From contig JAQGDQ010000011.1 in assembly GCA_030141605.1 (NCBI GenBank), positions 124,001 through 188,000 of the forward strand: a DNA stretch of 64,000 nt, read 5' to 3'. Each line of letters opens with the position of its first letter. The first letter of the stretch is position 1. Position numbers and translations under genes: made by a program. Shown one piece after another: positions 1 through 58,300 of this stretch. Below the pieces are notes generated by a model. That model did not search any database, was not told the origin of the DNA, and saw only the letters and a program-made list of their open reading frames with translations. This DNA is from Tubiluchus corallicola (taxonomy: Eukaryota; Animalia; Priapulida).

Positions 1-29
1 GTAAATTTGATAGTATAGTCTTAAGATAC

Positions 30-970
30 AAAGAATTTTTGGTAGTAAGAAAATTTGTTACAGGGAATGTTTGGTACGAAGAAAATATGGTACCAGGATT
101 GTTTAGTACTAAGAAATGTTGGTACAGGGAAGTTTTGGTACTAGGAAAATATATGATACGAGAAAAATTTGGTAGCAGGAAAGTTTGATGCTGGAAAAAT
201 TAGTACTTAACGAAAAAAAAAGAACAGTTCTATATCTCAGTATAAAATAATTGTTTCGGTAGAAAATAAAGAAGTCTATTCATTACACAAAGTTCATAAA
301 ACATTATACTGTAATCAATAATGCCTGGCAGCTAAAATTTTATCTGTGTTTATGTAGGTACATTTGACAATTCTTTAAGCAAAAAATGAAAGGTCTCCAG
401 CTCACCATGCAACTCATTTTTGCCATAATCATCACTGTTATTATGCATTGTTATCATTATTATTATCGTCACTAGCGTCAACGTTGCCATCATCAATATT
501 ATTGCCATCACTTACTGTAATCATCCATCATTATTTATTGGCAACAAGACGACAAAAGTAACAATGGTGACATGACAACAGCAAAATTATGATGATGACG
601 GTGGGTGGGTGTTGTTGTTGGTGCTGGTAGTAGTAGTAAACAGGAGAGAGAGCAAGAAACAGACAAACAAAAACAACAATGACAAATAACAAAGAGGAAG
701 CAAACAAAAAACAAATAAAGAAATGCAACAACATGAGCCGCTAGAACTTGGTACAGTAGGTTATATAAAATATATTCTCATTGTATCAAACTTTCTCTGT
801 ACCGAATTTTCCTAGTACCAAACCTTCCGAGTACTAAACTTTCCTAGTATCAAACTTGCTACATACCATTTTTACCTGTATCATATTTACTTGTACCAAA
901 ATGCCTGACAAAACTTCTTTGTACCAAAAATTCCTAGTGCCAAATTTTTGCTCGATACCAAAAACACGAT
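30..970. mobile_element. Foldback-type MITE: arrays of ~15-16 bp subrepeats in inverted orientation flanking a low-complexity spacer
   Basis: Left arm (~30-210) repeats TTTGGTACTAGGAAAA-like units; right arm (~780-970) repeats the reverse complement TTTTCCTAGTACCAAA. Boundaries approximate. Confidence 0.65.
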
Positions 971-2357
971 ATATAGGCTGGTATACAAAATCTTGCTATG
1001 GGATATAGAAACAACGAGTAACAGAACTGTGAATCTAACCAGTCTATTATACCATCACAATTTAATCGGAATTCCCCAGTGTCTCGTCACAATCTGCTAT
1101 CCTGAGGGGTATAATTGGTTCAGTGACTCGAATAACTCATCTTGCAGATGTCTCATAAGCTTCTCTGTTGAATACTTATCAAGTGCGTGTTTTTATCATC
1201 TTGGCGTCCGCTTTAGGATTACTTCAGCGTGTTGGGTTGGGTGGGTCGGTGAATTTCCAATCCATTCAGTTTAATCGAAAAATTAACCCAGGAATTTCAG
1301 GTTAGTGCTTCTGTCACATCCTCAAGACGTGCCAGACTTCCACACCATTTTAAAGACATTATAGATCCCGCTATTGTTTAAGCAATACTTTTGTGAAATA
1401 ACTTCTTGCCTGCTACTCGTTGTTTTTGTACCTCCTAGCAAAAGGTCATGTACCACCCTGTATTTTAAATAGAGCATAAAGCAAAATAACAAGAACTTTT
1501 TATAATGCATTATGGAGAAAGTACATATGACAGGGACTTTACCGGGTTATATCCCTATTCTAATAAACTAGTATAGTAATAATTTTTTTAACATTATGCA
1601 AATGTCTATTGTTGTTCCGGTTGTCTTTAGCATGTTGTGGGTGGTGTTGTGTTTTGCTATGTGGGTCGTGTGTGGTAGTTTTTAATATTGTGACGTCACA
1701 ATTTAGTACTATTGCAGAAAAATTGTTGGATGACTGAACCGACCGAAGGCCATCAAACCAAAAGCATGTTATCAAAGTTTGCACATTTTACAAATACGTG
1801 CAAGCAAAACCAGCGTGTGTGCATGCACCTGTGCTAGCAAGTGAGTGGCCCAATGATTCGTTCCAGACTAGTTTAGTGTGTGTTTTGAGCCCAAATAATT
1901 GTTTGACAATGATTTTAGTTCATCGTTATGCTTACGATGGTTGTAATAATTTTGCTGCAATAGTGTCATGTTATACTTATCTTATCAGAACAAAATTTTA
2001 AGCGTCATATTAGCTTCTATTGACTTGAATGAGATTTGCTAGTTCTAAGTATATGTTAACATTAATGAGGTGAACATGCGGAATTAATTGGCAATTTTGT
2101 AGCATTTTACTAACAAACACAGTTAATACGTAGCCTGGTAGCCCTTGTTTAAATCCAGGCTGTGTTACAAGTTACAACTTTTTCACACTATTTTTCAAGT
2201 TTGGTTTCAAAATTGAACTAAAGTGGATTTGTTCTATCACTGCTATCTCTAATTTTGTTTAATTCTGTCTCAATGGACAGATAGACTTGAGCTCTTGCAG
2301 ACTGTGATTCTATTTTGATGAACACTTGGAAACCGTCCCTACCAAAGAACTTTTTTG

Positions 2358-2579
<222 letters not shown>

Positions 2580-2908
2580 TCGGCTCTCTTTTCTCTGACT
2601 CTTACTACCTCAGTTTCCCTTTCTTTTGTGTCTATCTCTCCTTGCCTTCCAGTCTCTCTTTGCCGTCCTTTTTCTCTTTCTCTTTCTGGTTTCTGGCTCA
2701 CTTACTTTCTACCTTCCACTGTTTCTTACCTCCCTGTTTTCCTTTTTCTCTTTCTGCTTTCTCACTTACTTTCTTGCTTCCTCTCTTTTTCCACTTGCCC
2801 CTTCTTTCCACACACTGTCTCTTCTACCCGATTTTTACATTTATCTTTACCTCTTTCTCCCTCCTCCCACTCCTTTTTATCACATCTGGTGCTGGTAAAT
2901 GAACCCGT

Positions 2909-2947
2909 TCAGTTTCAGTTAAGTCAGTTCTCTCATTCATGACGTCA
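2909..2947 (+). promoter_or_regulatory. Putative core promoter of the ADAM gene: three TCAGTT initiator-like motifs, one TCATTC, and a CRE palindrome TGACGTCA
   Basis: TCAGTT at 2909, 2915 and 2924; TCATTC at 2933 (TCAKTY Inr consensus); TGACGTCA at 2940-2947; all ~90-125 nt upstream of the ATG at 3035. Confidence 0.4.
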
Positions 2948-3034
2948 CTGCTCCTCCTGCGCTATCATCTGATACGCGGCGGCTTGAAGCTGTTGCTGCT
3001 GCTGCTGCTCATAGTTTACAAATGTGCGCGAGAC

Positions 3035-49298
<46,264 letters not shown>

Positions 49299-51926
49299 CA
49301 GCGAGCACTGAAAAATTGTTTTTGCATTGCAAAAATTGTACGTTAATCGTAAAATGCAGAACTGTTTCTATTTACAAGGGGTGTCTTATAAAAAACACTA
49401 TTCAGTTTTTATTTTCAGTTACTTAAAAAGAACCATAATTTTTTTTATGTTTTTACAAAACTTTAAAGCAGACTAAGGTGTAATTCGTGTAGAATTAGTT
49501 TGTTGTGTACATTTTATACTGTTTGCAAACAATGTAATTGTGATATAAATCAAATGTTACACAAGTTATACTTTAATTTGTAAAAGTGCTTTATTCGAAT
49601 TAGAAAGAGGCAGTCTTTAGCAGCTGGTTTCAGCATTTCTGTTGACCAGATTTTAGAACTTACATTTTTAACCACTTAAAGGTGCCACACGTAGCTTAAT
49701 CATTCACATAATTTTTTTCTCACAGTCAGGTGTCGATCAAATCTGGTTTATCATTCTGGCTGCTTATCTTTTCCAAACAACACTGCCAATTGTTGTGTAT
49801 GTTACAATGTTACGTGTACAAATGGTTTTATTTTCATTGATGTTTGTATATTTTGCCTTTTTGTATTTATATCAATCTACAACATATGTTGTAATTAATT
49901 AAATAATCATGTTGATTAGTAAGTGTAATTAAAAATTGAATTGGAGATGCCTCTCAAATGTGTTTGTCAGAAATAATTATGCTTTAATGTGTTCATTTAC
50001 AGGATTTTGACTTGCTGAACACAATAGCTTAATCAGCTGGGATGTATCATAATGATGTCAAAAGTCTAATATTGTATCATACTGTATCATAATATACCCT
50101 CTCCAAAAGAGGTCTATAGCTGAGGAGAGTAAAACAAATGAAATTTTTTATTCTTTATAAGCAGTTTTCCAAGCGGTCGTGCATCTAAATACCAACCAAT
50201 CTCAGTTTTGTTTAAATGTGGTAACTAGGCACACATTTCGATTACTGGGTCAGCTACTTGCTAAGCAAATATAAATTGCCACATATTCTTAAAGTTATAC
50301 CGAACATGCTATTATTGATGTCAAAAGTGTAATACTGTATTATAATAGGAACTAATTTGATTGTTATAATGATGTCAGTTGTGCAGTGTTCGCACATCGA
50401 ATGTATAATCATACTATAACCTATACCTCTTAATTAAGTCTCACAGAGTGTTGCTCATTTGAAAGTGTCAGTTAAACCAAGTTATAGGTTAAGCTAATTA
50501 ATTAGAGTCGTTTTAATTTTTAATACTCCATGCTGTGTTGTATGTGGTCATTTGTAGCATTCAGCACCGTCAGACTTTTTAGATTTTAGTGATTTACATT
50601 GTGAAAATATCTTATTTAGTCTGGATCTGCACCTCGGACAAAAACTGGAAAGTGTCATACTAAAGGTCTAACAACAATAATTGTGAATTCTAATTGGTTG
50701 CATTTGTGGCTGGTGAATTCAGAACCAATTATAGTATTTTGCTGGCTGAGCAAATTTAGTAATAAAACTTTTGTTTTGTTCGAGCACGTTACTTTTGCCC
50801 TTCATTATCAAATTCTGCACGGCACCCAGACCTTTAACCTAACCTGTGACCTATCTGAATTACTGTTCTAAATAGAATTACTAAATTTACATGGTGCACT
50901 GGTGTCCGTTTGTCAAAATATAAAAGGCCTGTTTCTGTGTAGCCTTATCTGTAATCATTATTGTATAACATCCTTTCAGTTTATAATAAACTATTTTATG
51001 TACTACAGAAATTGCTGTTTCTTGTTGAGTTAGCAAATACCTATTAATTTTAATTATTTGCGAACAGTAGTAAGCCAACAACTGTAACCATTACCTAATA
51101 ATTTGCGCATTTGATAATAATTATAATTATAATTTATTTTAATTTTTACAAGCAGTACATTGTACACTGTGGCTCAGCATTCGTTACTATGAAATACTGT
51201 TAGTAGTAAAATGTTGAAAATTTAAAATGGTAGCAAAAATTCTGTCAATTCAGATGAAAAGCAAAAATATCAAAGATGGCAATAGATTAGCTGCAACTCA
51301 AAAATTATTTAGATAGATTGAAAAAATACAATTATATTAAAATAATAACGTAGCAAATTAGCAATCAAGTATCGTGAGAATTAAGCAATTTAGTTGGATT
51401 ACTTAAATGATCCAAGGTTAATAATAGCTGCAAAAAATATGTGATAAAATAATAATAGGTAATTAAAAGCGAGTATCAGACAAATCTAACACAAAATACA
51501 CACTATAGTTATGAAATTTGAACTGATATGCCTTTAATCAAAACAGTTACTATTCTTACTGGTTGAAACCAATCCTAACACAAAACTGATGGTTGTCATT
51601 TAGTTGTGTCAGTTTAATTTATTTCAATGAAAGTAAAAAACATAAAATTGATGAAATATTGGATTAGATTAGGTATTTCGGCTTGATTACACCAGCCCCT
51701 TTTCAGTTAAGCGGCATTATTGAATCAGGCCTGTGTGTGCATTAAATTTCTCATATCTGTCCACGTGTATGCAAAAATCTTTGTGATTGTTTATTGATAA
51801 ATGAGTGTTTCTATTCATGTGACTAATCCGTCTGATGGTACATGTGTGATAAGTCATGACGAATTCTTTCAAGAACAATTTTTATAGTTGAATTTCTGTA
51901 CCCAAGGTGGGGCGCGCATACCGAAA

Positions 51927-53351
51927 ATGGTTGCTCCCTTGCATTTCACTGTCATGTGTTTTAAATCTCCTAACTTTTTAAGGTTATGCAGGCCTCCCAG
52001 CTTCATTTGTTTCTATCCCAGGGCTACCTTTCTAAGAATGCGACCCGGGTTTAAAATTAATTACTTGCGATCGTCTTCAAGTATTTTACAAAATTTTATT
52101 GTAAGTGAGAATAACTGTAGATATTTACATCAGTCCATGCAGTTGCAGCAGAGAAAAGACTACTACAAAATTTTAGGCTTATCTCGTAACGCTCCTTCAA
52201 AAGATATAAAGAAAGCATACTATCGACTAGCAAAAAAGTATCATCCTGACACAAACAAGGACCCTGGTGCTGCAAAAAAGTTTCAAGAAGTTTCTGAAGC
52301 TTATGAGATTTTAAGCGATGACGAGAAACGGCGGCAGTTTGATTCTTGGGGTGAATCTACTGAGTTTGGATCTCGCCCAAGGCAGAGACAGACAACTGGA
52401 GCTCGTTCACGTGGGTTTGAGGATTTTGACTTTCATTTTCATTCTACCATAGACCCTGAAGAACTATTTAGGAAAATATTTGGTAGTGCCGGAATGCGAC
52501 ATGGCTTTCCCGATTTTGGTAGTTTTGCAGAAACCCTTTCTGGCTTTGGTCCTAGTACAGAACATGTCATGAGCTTGACATTTCAAGAAGCTGCAAGGGG
52601 TGTGAACAAAGACACTTCACTTAATGTTGTGGACACGTGCCCAAAGTGTCAAGGTTCGAGAGCAGAAATTGGTTCAGAGAGAATGCGTTGTCCATACTGT
52701 GATGGGACTGGAACAGAGACTGTGACAAATGGTCCATTTATCATACGCCAAACTTGTAGGCGTTGCCATGGCACCAAAATATATGTTCCGATACCGTGCA
52801 TGGAGTGCCAAGGAAAAGGAAGCAGTGTACAACGTAAGGTCATTACAGTTCCCGTCCCCGCGGGTGTAGAAGATGGGCAGACAATTCGCATGCCTGTTGG
52901 AAATATGCAAGTTCTCATCACTTTTCGTGTGCAAAAAAGCAATTATTTCACACGAGATGGTGCCGACATTCACACTGATGCAAACATTTCCTTGGCTCAA
53001 TCTGCTTTAGGTGGCACAGTCAAGTTAACTGGTTTATACGAAGATATAAACTTGCGTATACCACCAGGCACTTCGTCCCACACAAAAATAAAAATCCCTG
53101 GTAAGGGGATAGCAAAATTAAATAGTTACGGTTTTGGTGATCATTACGTTCACATCAATATAAGAACTCCAACCAATCTAACTGAGGAACAAAGGCAGTT
53201 ACTCCTTAAGTATGCCGAGGAGGAAAAAGGCATTAGCGGGACAATTAATGGCGTGAAAACTCATTCTAAAACTGAAGATAACGAAGAAGAAGAAACTGTA
53301 GGAGAAACTGAAGGATTTTGGTCCGGTTTGAAGAAAAAATTTTTTGGATAG
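51927..53351 (+). CDS. DNAJA3: DnaJ homolog subfamily A member 3, mitochondrial (Tid1/tumorous imaginal discs); CDS without introns, 474 aa
   Basis: Basic N-terminal presequence, J-domain KDYYKILG...HPD, G/F region with [12 protein letters not shown], four CxxCxG repeats, [12 protein letters not shown]-terminal [12 protein letters not shown]; ATG context AAAATGG. Confidence 0.95.
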   Translation: MVAPLHFTVMCFKSPNFLRLCRPPSFICFYPRATFLRMRPGFKINYLRSSSSILQNFIVSENNCRYLHQSMQLQQRKDYYKILGLSRNAPSKDIKKAYYRLAKKYHPDTNKDPGAAKKFQEVSEAYEILSDDEKRRQFDSWGESTEFGSRPRQRQTTGARSRGFEDFDFHFHSTIDPEELFRKIFGSAGMRHGFPDFGSFAETLSGFGPSTEHVMSLTFQEAARGVNKDTSLNVVDTCPKCQGSRAEIGSERMRCPYCDGTGTETVTNGPFIIRQTCRRCHGTKIYVPIPCMECQGKGSSVQRKVITVPVPAGVEDGQTIRMPVGNMQVLITFRVQKSNYFTRDGADIHTDANISLAQSALGGTVKLTGLYEDINLRIPPGTSSHTKIKIPGKGIAKLNSYGFGDHYVHINIRTPTNLTEEQRQLLLKYAEEEKGISGTINGVKTHSKTEDNEEEETVGETEGFWSGLKKKFFG

Positions 53352-53444
53352 TTTATCAACTTATCGTCTAGTCAGTGTATGGCAGTTTGTTTTTTAGCAC
53401 TAATTTTGTAATTTATCAGAATATCATACATTTGATTGTTAACA

Positions 53445-53450
53445 AATAAA
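53445..53450 (+). terminator. Candidate polyadenylation signal of DNAJA3
   Basis: AATAAA ~95 nt after the stop, another at 53559; AT-rich context limits specificity. Confidence 0.3.
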
Positions 53451-55138
53451 ACGATACATTTTTGTAAAGAAGACTTACTTGTAATAGAACACCTCTCATT
53501 TTATTTGAGTCTTAATTCAAAGATTTTGCAAGTCATAGACTTGCAACTGTCTGTTTTTAATAAACTGTCGACATCAAGATCGACAGTTGCCCAAGATTTT
53601 AGTGAATTGGTTAAATTGTTCCACGGGGAAAGGGGATGGTTTGTTCTTCCAGTTTTACATAGAAATTATTAATCTTCACACATAAAAAATTGAAATGTTG
53701 GCAGCTTATTCAGGTTGAATATCAGGTAGGCCTAAAAAGCACAAAATAGTTATTGCTAATTTAATAACTAGTTCTAAAGGTGGTTGAATAATATCCACAC
53801 TGACCTGTTCTCTAGGCCTTTGGTATTCTCTAGTTCAGGAGACAAGATATCATCTTGTAAGTTATAACAAAACTTTCTGTGGTGCTCCAATTCCTTTTAA
53901 GTATCTTTTTTGCCTATATAATACACTTAGATATTATGCGTGATCTTCCAAAGTAACTGACTAAACAAACTAAGCAAATATAATTTGCTCTAGGTTCTAG
54001 ATATTCTAGAGCCATTGTTGCTTTTGCGGCCATTTTTTCAGATTTATTGCTGAATTTTTGTTAAATAAAGGTCATTTTATTATTTTTACTGACTGTAAAA
54101 ATGTTTCTTTGCTGTATTTTGTTTTTTGCATACAATTTTGAAAAGCGCTTATTGAGTTCTGTTACATGATTGAAGGCTTAAATCTTGTCTTACGAGGTTA
54201 ATATGAAGTTTCTTGCACTTTGGCTTTGTTAGAATAATAGTTTAAACAAGCCAAGGCTGAATAAAATGCTGTATAATTACACATTAGGTTATTTGTATAA
54301 ATCTTGTTGTTTCAATGTACAACTAAAGAAATGAATGAAATCTGACTGCAAGATTTCAGTTTGTTTTAATACTAAAATTTATGTGACTAGGTACTCAATG
54401 GCCCATTTCATTTGTGCAGCACTGTAAACTAAATATTTTTGTATTTTCACTGTCCATTGCTGTGTTTGAGTTCACAATAACTTGCATCATGCTTACTCAT
54501 AATAATTGTGTCTGTATTGATAGACTGATTTACTTATACCATCTGCTGTGTTTATTTTTGAGGCCGCTGAGGCCAAAGTATGCTTTCGTGAGCTATAAGT
54601 GAGTAAATAGAACTGACCAAGTGGTTGTGTTGCTAATGATAACCAAATCTTTCTAAGTAGGTGATGGTAAGTAAATCTGTATTATAATGAAAGTTAATAT
54701 ATACCTGTATATTTAATATAACTTATTTTCCTTACATAAATTAATTAAAGTCTGTTCATTTAGTTTACAGTCTGTAATGCATCAGTGCTTTGGCGGAGTT
54801 TCCGTGAGCCTGATGCATCGAATGGAAAAATCGGCTGAAGCAGTGTTGAGAGAACGAGACTTTCTGTAAAAGTTTTTCGTACATTTTTATGCCTCAATAA
54901 TATGAAATTTATGATGTTTTTTGCAGCCGTTTTTATAAAATTTATATTAGTGCTCTGAATTTGTCTTTTGATTCATTTATGCTCTCTGAGCTTGCTGCTG
55001 AACGTGTTGCGCATGGTCTGGGAATCATGATATTTGTTAGCCCTTACTTACACGTGTGTAACGGTTTCTCTGGTACGGTGTAAAGACAATAAACGCTTAC
55101 TTTTTTTGGTTTGTAGTGCTCATTGATATGATTCAGCC

Positions 55139-55340
55139 ATGACTACATTTGAACCGGTCGACACCTCAGCAATCCTGACAAAGTTACGCTTGTGTTTTGG
55201 CAATGTTAGAACCAACAACATAGGTGCTATTCAAGCTTTCATTATTCCGTATGCCGATCCCCATCAGACAGAGTTCCTTTTCAGTTTGTCGCCATGTTAC
55301 AGAAGATTAGAAAAGGTCTCCGGAGTTTATGCAATTGGAG
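55139..55340 (+). CDS. XPNPEP1-like coding exon 1
   Basis: GCCATG start with an upstream in-frame stop at 55124; |gtaagg donor. Confidence 0.85.
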
Positions 55341-58300
55341 GTAAGGTTGTAGGGTTTTCATCTTTTTTGATGATTTTTATTTTAAAGTTCTTTCCGTATT
55401 CAGATTTGATCATTTGTGGATGGTTTGTTGCGAGCAAGTGCTTTATTGATAGGAAATATGACTTTATTGACAACTTGGTGTAATTTACTGCATGTTTTAA
55501 TGTGACGTTTTCGGTGATAATATCGCATGGTCATTTTGATTATCATAGCTACAGGTGTCGTCACATTGAACGAAGCAGCACTGTGGGTTGATGGAGTAAC
55601 CAGACTACAAGCCAGTCAGCAGATTGATTCTCACAACTGGTGCTTGATGTACGAGGGTAAGATTAAAACACTGTCAGTGCAGTACCGTATTTTGTACTAC
55701 ATTTCCTGTGAAGTTTGTAATCGAGAACGTAAGGCATTTTTGTAGTGTGAGAATTGTAAAAATGTCACGTTCAGTTTTTATTTCAGTTTTTAAGACTAAA
55801 GTTACAATTTCACTAAGCTGATACTAAGTTAACAACGTCATTATGACCAGCTTACTGATCGTAATGATTACATCATTAACTTAGTAACAGCTCTGTGAAA
55901 CCGGCCCTGGTTTCTGGTCAGTTTAACTGGATGGGCGACTGCTAGAGAATTTGTTCTTAAGTGGTTTTTTAGAGTCGTCTTGCCCGAGCACACTCAGTCT
56001 CACAGTGGAGTCCCGCAATCAATGACATGGTCTCAATATTTAAATCATTGAGAATGGACGGAAACTGAGCTCAGTATGAAGGATAATCTTCTGACATTGA
56101 AACATTTTGTTGGCGGAGTTGTTTTTTCCAAGAGTTTATCCTCCTTCATACTGAGAGTCAGCATGGCAGATGAAACCATTTACAGTGGCCATTCATCCAT
56201 TTGCTAGTTAAAGTTGGTGTTACTTCACTATGGAAGTTTGTTGGATGACATGCAGTGACCTGTTTGAAGATTTAGTTCCTTGCTGTCTTCCACGGCACAC
56301 AGTATTAGGCAAAGCTGTCATACTGAACATGGCTGTATAATTTTACCGTTTACTTATTATTCATTCATTTTATTCATTTCTGAAGTCACTCGTCCTCTGA
56401 CATGACTCTAGCAAACACTTTAGACCTTGCTGCCCTATAAAGACAGATGAATGGACAGTTTAAATAAAAAGAGAAGATTAAGATGGATGGACATATTATA
56501 CGACTACTAGCTGACGGCCCATTAAAATTAGCTTTCAAAGAAGCACTTCAGAAAGAAAAGAAACCACAAGGACAGGACAGCTGCTGACTTACATTAATTT
56601 CATCCAAAAAGATCTTATCAACACACCATTACATATATAAGAAAAACACTGACTTTTTACTGATGTATGATGTCTAATTTTGTGCCTGACAAATAATAAA
56701 TAAATAATAAAAGAACATAGTTGGCATTAAAAACAAAACTTTTTTGTCTGCTTAAGAATTTTGTTATTTATATATATTAGGGCTCTCTGGTCCTAGTGTG
56801 ATGTGTAATCTTTAGTTTGATTAAAAGTAAAGTTTTTTTGGCTTTACTACTGTGTCATTTAATTAGCTAATGATAGCATGCAGTTGATAAAAAATTGTCT
56901 GTGTAACATAGTAGTTTTATGCTGTTCAGTTAACAAGCTCAATTTTAGTGAAATTATACTAACTTCCAAGACTAACTTTTATTTCATCACATTCATGACT
57001 TGCAGAAGATGAAGAAACACCGACGATTGCTGACTGGTTGGGTAAAGTCCTGAAGAAAGGTGATGTTGTTGGAGCGGACCCTCAGCTGCATTGCACAGGT
57101 GTGTAGTGATGGTCAGTCGCTAGAAATCAGATTCGGACAAAATTTTCTCAATCTTTTTCTGCTAATGAAAATTCTCCTAACGGTACACTGTTGTTTTCCA
57201 ACAGGTGTTTGGCATTTGTCCCATGTTTGTATAATGGTGATACTGTTAACCTAGAGATAAATGCATCTCGTCTCAACTCTTTTGTCAACTGAAATGTCCC
57301 AACTGTCTCATTGTATTTACTACCTATTGGGTAACAAGTTGACAATAGTTAGCAGGAATGCTGGGAAAGGCTTATTGAAAAGACTATTCTGGGCCATCTT
57401 TCTGATTTCCAGATAAACGATGTGTGCAACACACATATAAAGGGGAAGGAAAGGGAATTTTAAATTACGTCTCAAAAAACTTTCCATACAAAGTTATAAT
57501 GTTAGCATTACACTTACCTGTTTGAAAGATGTAAAATTTTGAAATAAAAATCTTGGTAATTTAAAATTTTTGCATCAACTGGAAAACATCACTGGTTCAT
57601 CAAAAACACATTATTGATCATGTTATTTAAACTTTTGCTTAGTTAGTGAAGTGTTCTACGAATGCTCTGATTATTTTTATGAACTTTACCCTTGTTATTT
57701 TATCGAAGACTTACTGTTAAAATGGCTACGCCAAACGGTCATCGAAGGAGTTCAAATTTAAAAGAAAAATTTTATACAGTGTTGCTGCTAAAACAAGCTG
57801 TATGGGCAGTGAGACAGCATGTAAGTGGTAAAAATTTCAAGACTATTTTTTGTCCTTTAAGAGTCTTTATTGAAAGGAAAATCCTGAAGCATTTTGTTTT
57901 TGTTTGTATTTGTAAACATTTAATTAATTTACGTAGTGCAACGATTAATTCATTCCATACATTAAAAAAGTGGTGAATGGACAGAGCATTTGATTTTGTT
58001 TGGTCTAACTCCTTGACTTTGTTTTGTGTTACACTTTTGCATAGTGATTACTATAGGATATTGCTTACACATTGTTGTCCAAATAAGGATTTTTTTAATG
58101 TTAATATTAAATGTTAATGTTAAGGCATACTGCTCAGATCAACTTGCCTATATTTTTACTCGTATTTATAATTGGTCTTTAAGCATTTGTAAAATCCCTA
58201 AACAGTTTAAGCAATCTATCGTTATTCCTGTACCAAAGAGAAACCCAGTTATTGCGCTTAATGAAAATAGACCTGTGGCTTTAACATCAGTGTTAAGCAA

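Noticed and set aside
1322-1560. Minus-strand micro-exon, short intron and exon pattern (gtaaag...tacag)
   Set aside because: No recognisable protein and no extended frame; cannot be told from chance or a non-coding divergent transcript.
51888-51926. ORF-track start of the DnaJ ORF at TTG
   Set aside because: Bacterial-style start call; the eukaryotic start is the ATG at 51927.
52649-53000. Antisense ORFs overlapping DNAJA3 (and those overlapping the ADAM tail exon)
   Set aside because: Shadow ORFs of real coding sequence.
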